Shown: piece by piece, positions 28,825 to 37,804 of the stretch
Numbering within the stretch: position 1 is the first letter of the stretch
Layout: the number at the start of each line of letters is the position of its first letter
From: Candidatus Saccharimonadota bacterium
GTDB taxonomy: Bacteria > Patescibacteriota > Saccharimonadia > Saccharimonadales > JACDBH01
Length of the DNA: 64,000 bases
Direction: 5' to 3'
Assembly: GCA_028289135.1 (NCBI GenBank)
Contig: JAQGGW010000005.1
Span: 139,219-203,218, forward strand
Notes under the pieces: model-generated
Told to the model about the DNA's origin: nothing
The model's database searches: none
The model's input: only the letters and a program-made list of their open reading frames with translations
Position numbers and translations under genes: made by a program

Positions 28825-29293
28825 GAAAGTTACCAAAGCCCTCGTCCGCGAGGCCGCACCAGACCGCAAATACGGCAACCAACAGGTTACCCGTGTTATC
28901 AACCGCGTTATGATCGATGGCAAAAAGCAAACCGCCGAACGCCTTGTATACGAAGGTATGGAAATTGCAGCTAAAAAGCTTAAAGTAGAGAGCCCACTAG
29001 AAGTTTTCGAAAAAGCTCTTGGCAACATCCGCCCACATCTTGAAACCCGTTCCCGCCGTGTTGGTGGTGCAAACTACCAGATCCCATTTGAAGTTAAAGG
29101 CCAGCGCCAAAACCACCTTATGACTATGTGGTTTGTAAACGCAGCCCGCGCCCGCAAAGGCATTGGCATGTCAGATCGTATTGCTATGGAACTCGTTGAC
29201 GCCTTTAACGGCACCGGCACCGCTGTCAAAAAGCGTGAAGACGCACACAAGATGGCCGAATCTAACCGCGCCTTCGCTCACTTCGCTCGCTAA
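28817..29293 (+). CDS. rpsG: 30S ribosomal protein S7
   Basis: 158 aa, MPRKVTKA...; conserved S7 blocks (RRVGGANYQIP). Confidence 0.96.
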   Translation: MPRKVTKALVREAAPDRKYGNQQVTRVINRVMIDGKKQTAERLVYEGMEIAAKKLKVESPLEVFEKALGNIRPHLETRSRRVGGANYQIPFEVKGQRQNHLMTMWFVNAARARKGIGMSDRIAMELVDAFNGTGTAVKKREDAHKMAESNRAFAHFAR

Positions 29294-29297
29294 CAAA

Positions 29298-29777
29298 ATG
29301 AGTAGACAAAGCCGAGGTCGTTTTGACTGGCAAAGCGAAAGATCTCATATTGCAGCCAGAAAACCGGCAGCACCACGATGGGGCGTCGTAACTAGTGGAG
29401 AAACATTGCCCGAAGCAAAGATAGTGCTGAGCCGGCCGTTATACGCCAAGGCAAGTGGATGTATGGGGTGTTTGGCAATAGATTCTTGCATACAAAGAGC
29501 AAGAGAAGCTTTTGATTCGATAGCAGCTCGCGGCGATATTATATTCGAAGATGTTGAGCAGAATAAAAAAGTGATTGTCGACCCTAAAAAAGTATCGGAA
29601 GATTTAGCTCAAATGATCGGTGGCTTTAATGATGCAAAAGAACAATATACTCAGCTTGCACAAGTTTGTAGAGATTCGGACACGGGCAAAATAGATCTTT
29701 ACGATGAGGGTGCCGTAGTTGGTTATATTTGCGGTGCTACTCAAGAAGAGTATAAGATAACACCAACAGAGAGTTAA
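29298..29777 (+). CDS. hypothetical protein (159 aa, ORFan; CxxC-containing)
   Basis: ATG 4 nt after the rpsG stop (internal start of ORF 29163..29777). GCMGCLAIDSC cluster. Followed by an intrinsic terminator. Confidence 0.5.
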   Translation: MSRQSRGRFDWQSERSHIAARKPAAPRWGVVTSGETLPEAKIVLSRPLYAKASGCMGCLAIDSCIQRAREAFDSIAARGDIIFEDVEQNKKVIVDPKKVSEDLAQMIGGFNDAKEQYTQLAQVCRDSDTGKIDLYDEGAVVGYICGATQEEYKITPTES

Positions 29778-29779
29778 AT

Positions 29780-29806
29780 ACAGGTAGGGAACTGCCTGTT
29801 ATTTTT
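29780..29806 (+). terminator. intrinsic terminator inside the str region
   Basis: 8-bp stem ACAGGTAG/CTGCCTGT (one G-U) with GGAA tetraloop, then TATTTTTATT. Confidence 0.65.
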
Positions 29807-29936
29807 ATTAATAGCAATTCTCCAGATTGTATGTGATAATATTGGCAAGTTCGTTATTTCTAAAGGTTTACTTTTTAGGATGCGATAGGTGGTGGAAGAC
29901 TATTAAGTTCGATACTTTTTTTGAAAGGATTTCACA

Positions 29937-30389
29937 ATGCCCGGTTACACAGAAAAGGGGCCAAGCTCAATGTCATCAGGCAATCAAGTTCAGTCAGTTT
30001 TGCCCATGAACATTGAAAAATGGAACCTAACTATTTCGAATCATATTGGACATCCCTCTAATGATGGCTACCCCGCGCTTGGAGTGCAGGGTGAGATTGT
30101 TTGGTTTGACTATACAGGTATGCAAATACCTCCTCTTTATAACCCTTATACTACTCAAGCCTCTGCACCCACAACAGCTAACAGGCTTTCACGCCGTGTT
30201 GAATCTAGTTCGTCCCGAGTAACGGCACTAGACTTAAGCCCACAACAAATTTGTGAGCAAGCGTGTTCGAGCAACCGAAGAAGTGGTTATCGTTGCGACG
30301 GCGCACAACTTGACAAGGACTTTGGAGATTTTAAGTGTTCAGTCACGGGTGATTATGAATCTTTGCCGGTAAGTTTAAGATTTAGGTAA
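29937..30389 (+). CDS. hypothetical protein (150 aa, ORFan)
   Basis: SD AAAGGA 8 nt upstream. First of three ORFs separated by 1 nt each. Confidence 0.5.
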   Translation: MPGYTEKGPSSMSSGNQVQSVLPMNIEKWNLTISNHIGHPSNDGYPALGVQGEIVWFDYTGMQIPPLYNPYTTQASAPTTANRLSRRVESSSSRVTALDLSPQQICEQACSSNRRSGYRCDGAQLDKDFGDFKCSVTGDYESLPVSLRFR

Positions 30390-30390
30390 T

Positions 30391-30879
30391 ATGGTAGATC
30401 CTGAAATTACCGGAGCTGTAGAGCCTTGGCAGGAATCTGCTGACCGCGATTATCCTGGATATGATGGTGGTTTCGTAGGCCATGAAGCTATAAAAAATTA
30501 TTATAACGCGTTAGCTTTGGACATCGTGACAGCAAATATCAAAAACTATTTTCAGGTAACTGGCAGTTATGCTGAAGCTAACGGAGTGGTCACTCACGAA
30601 GATTTAGCAGCAGGCTATGCGGCTCTGATTGTTTCTATCGCTGAAAGTGCTGCCCTGAGCGCACAAGCGGAAGATACTAAAAATGGTGGTAATGCGCGTT
30701 TGCGCCTTATGATTGATATGAAGCAAGATTTAATAGATGCTGAAGCAAAGAAGAAGGCAGCAGCGGCCAAAGCGGACGAACTAAAAGAAGCAATACGAAG
30801 GATTAATGAAGACAGCATATTGCGACAAGCCGCAGTCATAACAGCGAGCCGTGCCGAAATAGTGGAGGTAACAGAATAA
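30391..30879 (+). CDS. hypothetical protein (162 aa, ORFan; Ala/Lys-rich helical C-terminus)
   Basis: Starts 1 nt after the previous stop. DAEAKKKAAAAKADELKEAIRR segment. Confidence 0.5.
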   Translation: MVDPEITGAVEPWQESADRDYPGYDGGFVGHEAIKNYYNALALDIVTANIKNYFQVTGSYAEANGVVTHEDLAAGYAALIVSIAESAALSAQAEDTKNGGNARLRLMIDMKQDLIDAEAKKKAAAAKADELKEAIRRINEDSILRQAAVITASRAEIVEVTE

Positions 30880-30880
30880 T

Positions 30881-31255
30881 ATGGCAGGCCAAGAAACATC
30901 TATTAGAGCTGGAGAGGAATCAGCAGCTGAACAACCGCGATACGCTCGAGTTTTATCTGAAGTTGAAAGAATCCAAGGAGAAGAGGCTAAGCGTATCATA
31001 AGTCTTTCAAAACTTGCTTGGGTATTTGAATTAACACAAAAGCAAGTAAATTTGCATTCTCATTTAGAGGTTGCCGCCGAACGGCTAGCTAGAGGTATCG
31101 CTTCAATTCCAGTATTACCTGAGATATTGGCAGTATTCCAAGAAAATTACACGACTCCGCTTGTTGATGTTCTTGGAGCTGATAGATTCGCCACCATAGT
31201 TGCAGAATGTTCAGATCAAACTAACATTGTTCAATCACAGCCTGAGCTTGCGTAA
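30881..31255 (+). CDS. hypothetical protein (124 aa, ORFan)
   Basis: Starts 1 nt after the previous stop. Its 3' end overlaps the -35 of the fusA promoter. Confidence 0.5.
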   Translation: MAGQETSIRAGEESAAEQPRYARVLSEVERIQGEEAKRIISLSKLAWVFELTQKQVNLHSHLEVAAERLARGIASIPVLPEILAVFQENYTTPLVDVLGADRFATIVAECSDQTNIVQSQPELA

Positions 31256-31276
31256 CACCTCTAAAACTGCTAAAAT
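31248..31276 (+). promoter_or_regulatory. promoter TTGCGT-N17-TAAAAT (extended TG) upstream of fusA
   Basis: AGCTTGCGTAA (same 11-mer as the rpsL promoter) ...CTGCTAAAAT. -35 at 31248-31253, -10 at 31271-31276. Confidence 0.6.
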
Positions 31277-31364
31277 TACAGGGAATATGTGAGTATGGGC
31301 TGGTTTTATACGGCCAAAATCTTACAGATAACAAGTAACTAAAAAATAACCAGGAACCGACCAT

Positions 31365-33455
31365 ATGGCAGACGCAAAGAAAACACCAATGAAAGACATC
31401 CGCAACTTGGGCATTATCGCCCACATTGACGCGGGTAAAACCACTACCACCGAAGGTATTTTGTACCGCACTGGCATCAGCCACAAGATTGGCGCCGTGC
31501 ACGAAGGCGAAACCACTACCGACTGGATGGCTCAGGAGCGTGAGCGCGGTATTACCATCGTTGCTGCCTCTGTTACGTGTTTTTGGAAGGGTAATCAGAT
31601 TAACATTATCGATACTCCTGGTCACATTGACTTTACGGTTGAAGTCGAACGTTCACTCCGTGTGCTTGACGGCGCCTGCGTTGTGTTCGACGGCAAGATG
31701 GGTGTCGAAAGCCAGTCCGAAACTGTTTGGCGCCAGGCCGACAAATACGGCGTGCCTCGTATCTGTTTTATCAACAAAATCAACCAAACCGGTGGCGATT
31801 TCTACAAGAGCCTCGAATCAATTCATAACCGTTTGAGCAAGCGTGCTTTCCCAGTCCACATTCCAATTGGCTTTGAACAGAGCATCAACGGTCTTGTTGA
31901 CCTAGTTGAAATGAAGGCCTATACCTACACCGAATTCCACGACAAAGAATTAGTTGAAGCGCCAATTCCAGAAGACATGATGGATCAGGTTAAAAAAGCC
32001 CGCAGCCTGCTGGTTGAAAACGCCGTTGCCGAAGACGAAGCAATTCTTGAAAAATACTTTGAAGTTGGCGAAGAAGGTCTTAGCGTTGCTGAAATCAAGC
32101 AGGCGATCCGTACCGCAGTATTGTCTGGCAAGTTCTTTGCCGTTACCGGCGGCGATGGCCGTGGTGTTATCGTTGAAAAAGTTTTGGACATGGTGAATGA
32201 CTACCTCCCAAGCCCGCTGGACAAGGGTTCAACTTGGGGCACGCATCCAAAAACTGGTGACGAAGAAGAGCGCAAGCCATCCGAAGCTGAGCCGTTTTCA
32301 GCACTTGCGTTCAAGATTACTACCGACCCATTTGTTGGTAAGCTGGCATACTTCCGCGTTTATTCCGGAACTGTTACCGCTGGTTCATACATTTTAAACA
32401 GCTCAAACGGTGAAAAAGAGCGCGTTGGCCGTATTGTCCGCCTCCAGGCCGACAAACGTGCTGACGTTACCGAAGTGGGTGCTGGTGACATTGCCGCAAT
32501 CGTCGGCCTAAAGGCTACAACTACTGGCCATACCCTTTGTGACCCTGCGCACCCAATTGTGCTTGAAAGCATCGAATTCCCAGAACCACCTGTTTCTATC
32601 GCCATCGAACCAAAGACCAAGTCTGACCAAGAAAAAATGGGCATTGCTATGCAGCGCCTTGCCGAAGAAGATCCAACATTTAGAATCCGTGTCGACGACG
32701 AAACCGGCCAAACGGTTATCTCTGGAATGGGTGAGCTTCACCTCGAAATCCTGGTTGACCGCATGAAGCGCGAATTTGATGTTGAAGCCAACATTGGCGC
32801 GCCGCAGGTTGCCTACCGCGAAACTGTCCGCAAAGCAGGCGTTGAAGCCCAAGGTAAGTTTATCCGCCAATCTGGTGGACGTGGCCAATACGGTGACGCG
32901 TGGCTCAGAATTTCTCCAAACGAACAAGGCAAGGGCTTTGAGTTCAAAAACTCCATCAAGGGTGGTGTTATACCTGGTGAATACATCAAGCCAGTTGAAG
33001 CTGGTGTTGTTGAAGCCATGAGCACCGGTACCGTCGCTGGTTACCCAGTTGTTGATGTTATTGTTGAGCTGTTTGACGGTTCTTACCACGAAGTTGACTC
33101 CAACGAAATGGCCTTCAAAATCGCCGGCTCAATGGGCTTCCAGGCCGCAATGAAAGCCGCTGGACCAGTTTTGCTCGAACCTGTCATGAAAGTCGTTGTT
33201 GTAACTCCTGAAGAGTTCATGGGTGACGTCATCGGCGACCTAAACTCCAAGCGCGCACGCATTGAATCCATGGAAGACCTAAGCTCCGGCATCAAAGAAA
33301 TTACTGCTTTTGTTCCTCTTGGCGAAATGTTTGGCTACACAACCGCGCTACGTTCTTCTACCAAAGGCCGCGCAAGCAGCTCAATGGAGCTTGACCACTA
33401 CGCTGACGTTCCAAACCACGTTGCCGAAGCAATTGCATCTAAACGAGCAAAATAA
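31365..33455 (+). CDS. fusA: elongation factor G
   Basis: 696 aa. G1 AHIDAGKTT, DTPGHIDF; full five-domain length. Confidence 0.97.
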   Translation: MADAKKTPMKDIRNLGIIAHIDAGKTTTTEGILYRTGISHKIGAVHEGETTTDWMAQERERGITIVAASVTCFWKGNQINIIDTPGHIDFTVEVERSLRVLDGACVVFDGKMGVESQSETVWRQADKYGVPRICFINKINQTGGDFYKSLESIHNRLSKRAFPVHIPIGFEQSINGLVDLVEMKAYTYTEFHDKELVEAPIPEDMMDQVKKARSLLVENAVAEDEAILEKYFEVGEEGLSVAEIKQAIRTAVLSGKFFAVTGGDGRGVIVEKVLDMVNDYLPSPLDKGSTWGTHPKTGDEEERKPSEAEPFSALAFKITTDPFVGKLAYFRVYSGTVTAGSYILNSSNGEKERVGRIVRLQADKRADVTEVGAGDIAAIVGLKATTTGHTLCDPAHPIVLESIEFPEPPVSIAIEPKTKSDQEKMGIAMQRLAEEDPTFRIRVDDETGQTVISGMGELHLEILVDRMKREFDVEANIGAPQVAYRETVRKAGVEAQGKFIRQSGGRGQYGDAWLRISPNEQGKGFEFKNSIKGGVIPGEYIKPVEAGVVEAMSTGTVAGYPVVDVIVELFDGSYHEVDSNEMAFKIAGSMGFQAAMKAAGPVLLEPVMKVVVVTPEEFMGDVIGDLNSKRARIESMEDLSSGIKEITAFVPLGEMFGYTTALRSSTKGRASSSMELDHYADVPNHVAEAIASKRAK

Positions 33456-33634
33456 TGTCTCCTAAAACTCCCGAATATATTAATCCTGCCGAAGCACCTG
33501 TTGACCTTGTTCGCGATAGTGAAACACGATCAACTCTTTATGTAGTCGGCGGCGCAATTTTATTTGCAGCAGTTGCTGCTGGTGCAGTAATGATCGGTGC
33601 GCCAAAGAAATTGTTCAGATTCGAAAGTGACTGA
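33455..33634 (+). CDS. hypothetical single-pass membrane micro-protein (59 aa)
   Basis: Below the ORF-track cutoff. Its ATG overlaps the fusA TAA (TAATG). MSPKTPEYINPAE...LYVVGGAILFAAVAAGAVMIGAPKK has one clear hydrophobic helix. Confidence 0.45.
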   Translation: MSPKTPEYINPAEAPVDLVRDSETRSTLYVVGGAILFAAVAAGAVMIGAPKKLFRFESD

Positions 33635-33664
33635 TAATTAATAACTGGGTGGCGGAGAATTGAC

Positions 33665-34264
33665 ATGCCTACTCATCCCGAACTTGTAGCACAAACACTT
33701 TTGACACTTGAGGCACATCGCCAGGCTCCCCATATAATTGATGATGCCTATGAAGATGGCATTATTGATGATGCTCATCATCTAGTAATTACTTCTAAAG
33801 GCAACTCGCAAACTGCAGTAGTGACACCGATGTATAGGGGCTTCGTGTATGGTTCAAGCCTGCTCGAACGATTTGATATGGCGGCATTATGTAATCGAGT
33901 TTTTGTCGAGGCGCGTATTAAAGTGGCTTCAAATGATCGTAAACAACTTGAAACAGCCAACGTAACGCTTAGATATGCTTTTGCACCAAAATTCCTACAA
34001 CCAAATAAGGTTCTAGAAACCCAGGCTCGCTACCCATTAGATCCAGAGGCCGAATATGGCACTATGGAAAGAGTTATTGCTGCAATTGGCGAAGTAGGTG
34101 TTGAAGGGGCAACAGTTCCAAATACTAGTGGTTATGTAGAGGTACCTGATGACCCGTACAGAAAAAATAACGACCGCTGGGTTGTAACTGATCACATGAG
34201 CGGTTTAGTAGTTGCTGAATGTATCCATGAAGCAGTGAGCCGGTTGCATTTTACGGAGCTTTAA
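33665..34264 (+). CDS. hypothetical protein (199 aa, ORFan)
   Basis: SD GGAG ~8 nt upstream. No recognisable motif. Sits between fusA and tuf. Confidence 0.5.
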   Translation: MPTHPELVAQTLLTLEAHRQAPHIIDDAYEDGIIDDAHHLVITSKGNSQTAVVTPMYRGFVYGSSLLERFDMAALCNRVFVEARIKVASNDRKQLETANVTLRYAFAPKFLQPNKVLETQARYPLDPEAEYGTMERVIAAIGEVGVEGATVPNTSGYVEVPDDPYRKNNDRWVVTDHMSGLVVAECIHEAVSRLHFTEL

Positions 34265-34267
34265 CCC

Positions 34268-34297
34268 TTTACAAACACCTATAGTTTGAGGTATATT
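34268..34297 (+). promoter_or_regulatory. promoter TTTACA-N18-TATATT upstream of tuf
   Basis: CCCTTTACA block (also present at the infA promoter). -35 at 34268-34273, -10 at 34292-34297. ~105-nt leader with CCATCT...AGATGG helix. Confidence 0.5.
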
Positions 34298-34403
34298 AAG
34301 ACCATCTCGCGTGAGGGCATTGTTAGGTTTGCTCCAGATGGAGCGGCCGAGCAGTAAGATCGCGGAAATAATAACAAATTATCATAACAAGGAGACTCTC
34401 CAC

Positions 34404-35588
34404 ATGGCAGAGAATTTTGATCGAACAAAGCCTCACGTTAACGTAGGTACTATGGGTCACGTTGACCACGGTAAAACAACTCTAACAGCTGCAATTACTA
34501 CTGTTTTGGCAAAGCGTATGCCAAGCAAAGTTAACCAACCAATTGCTTACGACCAGATCGACAACGCACCTGAAGAAAAAGCTCGTGGTATCACGATTGC
34601 TACTTCCCACCAGGAATACGAATCAGAAAAGCGCCACTACGCGCACGTCGACATGCCAGGTCACGCCGACTACGTTAAGAACATGATTACCGGTGCCGCT
34701 CAGATCGACGGCGCAATCTTGGTTGTTGCTGCAAACGACGGTCCACTTCCACAGACTCGTGAGCACGTATTGCTCGCCCGCCAGGTCGGTGTTCCAAGCA
34801 TCCTCGTATTCATGAACAAGATGGACCTTGCTGATCCAGAACTCATCGAACTTGTTGAGATGGACATCCGCGAACTCTTGGCCAAGAATGGTTATGACGA
34901 AAACGCTCCAATCATCAAGGGCTCAGCTACAAAAGCTATGGCCGGCGACAAAGAAGCTGAAGACGCTATTATGGAACTCGTTAAGGCTATGGACGACTTC
35001 GTTCCAGAACCAAAGCGCGAACTCGATAAGCCATTCTTGATGAGCATCGAAGACGTATTCTCGATCAAGGGTCGTGGTACTGTTGCAACCGGTCGTATCG
35101 AAACTGGTATCGTTAAGGTTAACGAAGAAGTTGAAATCGTCGGTCTTAAGGACACTCGTAAGAGCGTTGTTACCGGTGTTGAAATGTTCAAGAAGAACCT
35201 CGACCAAGGTCAGGCTGGCGACAACGTCGGTATCCTCCTCCGCGGTATCGAGCGTGAAGATATCGAGCGCGGCCAAGTTTTGGCTAAGCCAGGTACTATC
35301 ACTCCTCACACCGAATTTGACGCTGAAGTTTATATCTTGACCAAAGAAGAAGGCGGCCGTCACACTCCTTTCTTCAAGGGCTACAAGCCACAGTTTTACT
35401 TCCGCACAACGGACGTAACTGGTGAAGTTGAACTCCCAGCTGACAAAGAAATGGTTATGCCTGGTGACACTATCACTTTCAAAGTGAAGCTTCTCCAGCC
35501 AATCGCCATGGAACAAGGTCTCCGCTTCGCTATCCGCGAAGGTGGCCGTACTGTTGGTGCTGGTGTTGTTACTAAGATTACTAAGTAG
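34404..35588 (+). CDS. tuf: elongation factor Tu
   Basis: 394 aa from [34 protein letters not shown] 8 nt upstream. The longer ORF-track start (34311) is not supported. Confidence 0.97.
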   Translation: MAENFDRTKPHVNVGTMGHVDHGKTTLTAAITTVLAKRMPSKVNQPIAYDQIDNAPEEKARGITIATSHQEYESEKRHYAHVDMPGHADYVKNMITGAAQIDGAILVVAANDGPLPQTREHVLLARQVGVPSILVFMNKMDLADPELIELVEMDIRELLAKNGYDENAPIIKGSATKAMAGDKEAEDAIMELVKAMDDFVPEPKRELDKPFLMSIEDVFSIKGRGTVATGRIETGIVKVNEEVEIVGLKDTRKSVVTGVEMFKKNLDQGQAGDNVGILLRGIEREDIERGQVLAKPGTITPHTEFDAEVYILTKEEGGRHTPFFKGYKPQFYFRTTDVTGEVELPADKEMVMPGDTITFKVKLLQPIAMEQGLRFAIREGGRTVGAGVVTKITK

Positions 35589-35718
35589 GTTCTCGCCCAT
35601 TTATCAGGGTACATTGCAGGCTAAAACCTGCGACAGAAAAAGGAGCAGTACGTTTGTACAGCTCCTTTTTCGTGCTCGGCCTTAGCTCTGCACTGCACTC
35701 CTGAAAATGACCGAGAAC
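35589..35718. repeat. 130-nt whole-spacer imperfect palindrome (copy A) directly after tuf
   Basis: Outer arms GTTCTCGCCCATTT (35589-35602) / AAATGACCGAGAAC (35705-35718). The 5' half and the reverse complement of the 3' half align along the whole length. Apex is the terminator hairpin. Homologous to copy B. Confidence 0.75.
35637..35670 (+). terminator. intrinsic (bidirectional-looking) terminator of tuf
   Basis: AAAAAGGAGCAGTAC-GTTT-GTACAGCTCCTTTTT, with an A-run and a T-run flanking the stem. Confidence 0.8.
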
Positions 35719-35870
35719 GGCTCAACTACGCTTCTATGCACGGCAAGAAACGAAAAACTGCATCCAAATGCATCGGCCAGTGACATGTTTGAATTGTTCC
35801 AGGAAATGAGATTTTGTTATTTTAGTCAAAACTATGCTAAAGTAGGTTTAATTAAATGAGGTTAATTGAG

Positions 35871-36215
35871 ATGGCGGAATTTTGTCCTGGATGCGATAGA
35901 GCGGGAATGGTTGTAGGTGATGTAGCTATAAGTATAAAAAAAGACGAACTTAGAAGTCCTTTAACAGATCTAGCTATAACTTTTACAGACGAAGATGGTT
36001 TTTTGCAACGCGGTTTTTTTGGTAGAGTTGTAGACCAAGAAGCAGACCTGGATACCAGCCTACTTGGCGAACGTCTTCTCAGCCGTATAGATCGCTGTAA
36101 AAGCCCAATGAGAAATGGTACATGCCCAGCCTTTAATCATGAGGTGGTTGAACAGTTAATACGATCTCAAGTAAGCCAGGAAGCAATAACTGAGCCTGAC
36201 CAGCCAGGAATTTAG
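35871..36215 (+). CDS. hypothetical protein with two Cys pairs (possible zinc-ribbon-like)
   Basis: MAEFCPGCDRAG...RCKSPMRNGTCPAF. ATG 35871 has GAGG 9 nt upstream; ATG 35856 is also possible. Confidence 0.45.
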   Translation: MAEFCPGCDRAGMVVGDVAISIKKDELRSPLTDLAITFTDEDGFLQRGFFGRVVDQEADLDTSLLGERLLSRIDRCKSPMRNGTCPAFNHEVVEQLIRSQVSQEAITEPDQPGI

Positions 36216-36295
36216 AAAAGCAAAAATACCATCGTGTAAAGAAGCTCACTGACTTATCTAGATAGACATTCATAATAAGTATCTTAGGAGTGCTT

Positions 36296-36628
36296 ATGTC
36301 TGTAGAGTTTAAGGGGCCTGTTATACCTGTTAGAATTGATGGCGAAAATGCTTCGCTACGTATTGTGCGTGATATGTCGTATAACATCGAAGCCGCCAGC
36401 GTGCTGTCTAACCCCGATGCAAATCCACCTTATGTCCAGCTAACACTGATATCTCCTCCAGGACCGCATTATAAAGAAGTTTGTGCAGATAAAATTACAG
36501 GTGATCCTGAGCCAAACCGTGCTCGCCTTATGTTTAACGAGCCATTTGGCGTTGATAAACTTATAGCTAACGCAATGAAAAGAGTAAGCAAGTCCAGGCA
36601 CCCAGCAGGAAGAGGAAATGCGAATTAA
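36296..36628 (+). CDS. hypothetical protein (110 aa, ORFan)
   Basis: SD GGAG 5 nt upstream of ATG 36296. No recognisable motif. Confidence 0.5.
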   Translation: MSVEFKGPVIPVRIDGENASLRIVRDMSYNIEAASVLSNPDANPPYVQLTLISPPGPHYKEVCADKITGDPEPNRARLMFNEPFGVDKLIANAMKRVSKSRHPAGRGNAN

Positions 36629-36687
36629 TTAAATTGCTTGACAGTAGGAATATAATTAAAGCATAAGTATTAATAAGGAACACAAAA

Positions 36688-36918
36688 ATGAAAAATGGAT
36701 TTGAGGATTCGGTAGCTCCAGTAGCTTATGGAGCTGATTTCGCTGGGCGAGTTGCTGTTGCAAGAGTTAATATGGATCAAGTATTAGAAACTCATCCTAA
36801 ACCAGATGTAAGATCTGTTGCAGCTCATGCGGGCAAAGTAATATTTCGAGAAATTGTATTTGCAGGTGCATGGTTAAACGCTGAAATTCATGGCGTAGAT
36901 CTTAGCCAAGTTGGTTAG
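36688..36918 (+). CDS. hypothetical protein (76 aa, ORFan)
   Basis: SD AAGGAA 8 nt upstream. No recognisable motif. Confidence 0.45.
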   Translation: MKNGFEDSVAPVAYGADFAGRVAVARVNMDQVLETHPKPDVRSVAAHAGKVIFREIVFAGAWLNAEIHGVDLSQVG

Positions 36919-37047
36919 GCTTTTCTTTTAAAGAAAAATGTTGTAAGATAACAGGGTAAATTAATGACGATGACTAAAAGTCGTTGTCCCGCTCTCTATA
37001 ATGGGCCAAAGATGTTACATCGCACGTGAAGAAAGGTTTTATATATT

Positions 37048-37410
37048 ATGGCTGAAGAAAAAAAGCCCGCAGCAACCAAAGCAGCTGCACCAGTAAAAAC
37101 TGAAGGCAAGCAACGCATCCGTATCCGTCTCAAGGCATACGACCACAAAGTAATCGACCAGTCTGCTAAGCAGATTGTTGATACCGCGCTCCGCACAGGT
37201 GCTACCATTGCTGGTCCAATCCCTCTCCCAACCCGTCGTAACACCTTCACCGTTGTTACCAGCCCGCACGTGTTTAAAAAAGGTCGTGAACAGTTTGAAA
37301 TGCGTATTCACAAGCGCCTGATTGACGTTTTTGACCCAACTCCAAAGACAATCGACAGCCTCATGAACTTGAGCCTGCCAGCCGGCTGCGACGCTGAAAT
37401 CAAAATGTAA
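37048..37410 (+). CDS. rpsJ: 30S ribosomal protein S10 (with A/K/P-rich N-terminal extension)
   Basis: 120 aa; core [19 protein letters not shown]... Perfect TATAAT at 36997-37002 upstream and a terminator immediately downstream. Confidence 0.95.
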   Translation: MAEEKKPAATKAAAPVKTEGKQRIRIRLKAYDHKVIDQSAKQIVDTALRTGATIAGPIPLPTRRNTFTVVTSPHVFKKGREQFEMRIHKRLIDVFDPTPKTIDSLMNLSLPAGCDAEIKM

Positions 37411-37420
37411 CCATCTAAAG

Positions 37421-37450
37421 GGGCCTGGGAAACCGGGCCTTTTACTTTTT
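37421..37450 (+). terminator. intrinsic terminator right after rpsJ
   Basis: GGCCTGG-GAAA-CCGGGCC (7 bp, one G-U, GNRA loop) followed by TTTTACTTTTT. Confidence 0.8.
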
Positions 37451-37789
37451 ATGATTCACTTTCATGCTAATTATTTCGAAGGCACGACACAGCTCGGCCC
37501 TCATGTTACTCGTACTTTTGTTATTAACGAGGCTGGCTTCAGCGTGCCTGGTGCAATAACCGCATTTGAGGAATTAGAGTTAGCACGTGTCATTACATTC
37601 GCGCCTCATGTACATTTCGACACAAATGTTGAGCATCCAAGTATTCTTGTCCGCAATTCCGTGAAGGCCGGGAAACATATTGCTAAAGTCTTACGGCTAA
37701 GCGATTGGGGGGTTGGTAACTTCTCGAATGTATTCAACACAGATGCACTAGATTTTTGGCGTCCACAACAAGCTGACGATGATCTCTAA
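37451..37789 (+). CDS. doubtful hypothetical protein (112 aa)
   Basis: The ATG abuts the T-run of the rpsJ terminator and there is no SD or promoter. No motif recognised. Confidence 0.3.
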   Translation: MIHFHANYFEGTTQLGPHVTRTFVINEAGFSVPGAITAFEELELARVITFAPHVHFDTNVEHPSILVRNSVKAGKHIAKVLRLSDWGVGNFSNVFNTDALDFWRPQQADDDL

Positions 37790-37804
37790 GAGTGGTAAGT
37801 TAAC

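Noticed and set aside
29163-29297. ORF-track N-terminal extensions overlapping upstream genes (29163 into rpsG, 34311 before tuf, 44021 into rpsS, 47371 into rplE, 19092 into clpP, 56802 for alaX, 51632 for infA)
   Set aside because: Internal ATGs match the canonical protein N-termini or sit just after the upstream stop with proper SD spacing. The extensions look like out-of-frame read-through of neighbouring genes.
34923-35600. 225-aa minus-strand ORF antisense to tuf (similarly 32508..33089 in fusA, 22901..23647 in rpoB and 11225..11743 in GH15)
   Set aside because: These are shadow frames of highly conserved, codon-biased genes. None has independent start signals or motifs.
36919-36945. 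A/T-only hairpin TTTTCTTT-TAA-AGAAAA after the 76-aa ORF as a terminator
   Set aside because: The stem is entirely A-T and very weak, so it is not reported as a feature.
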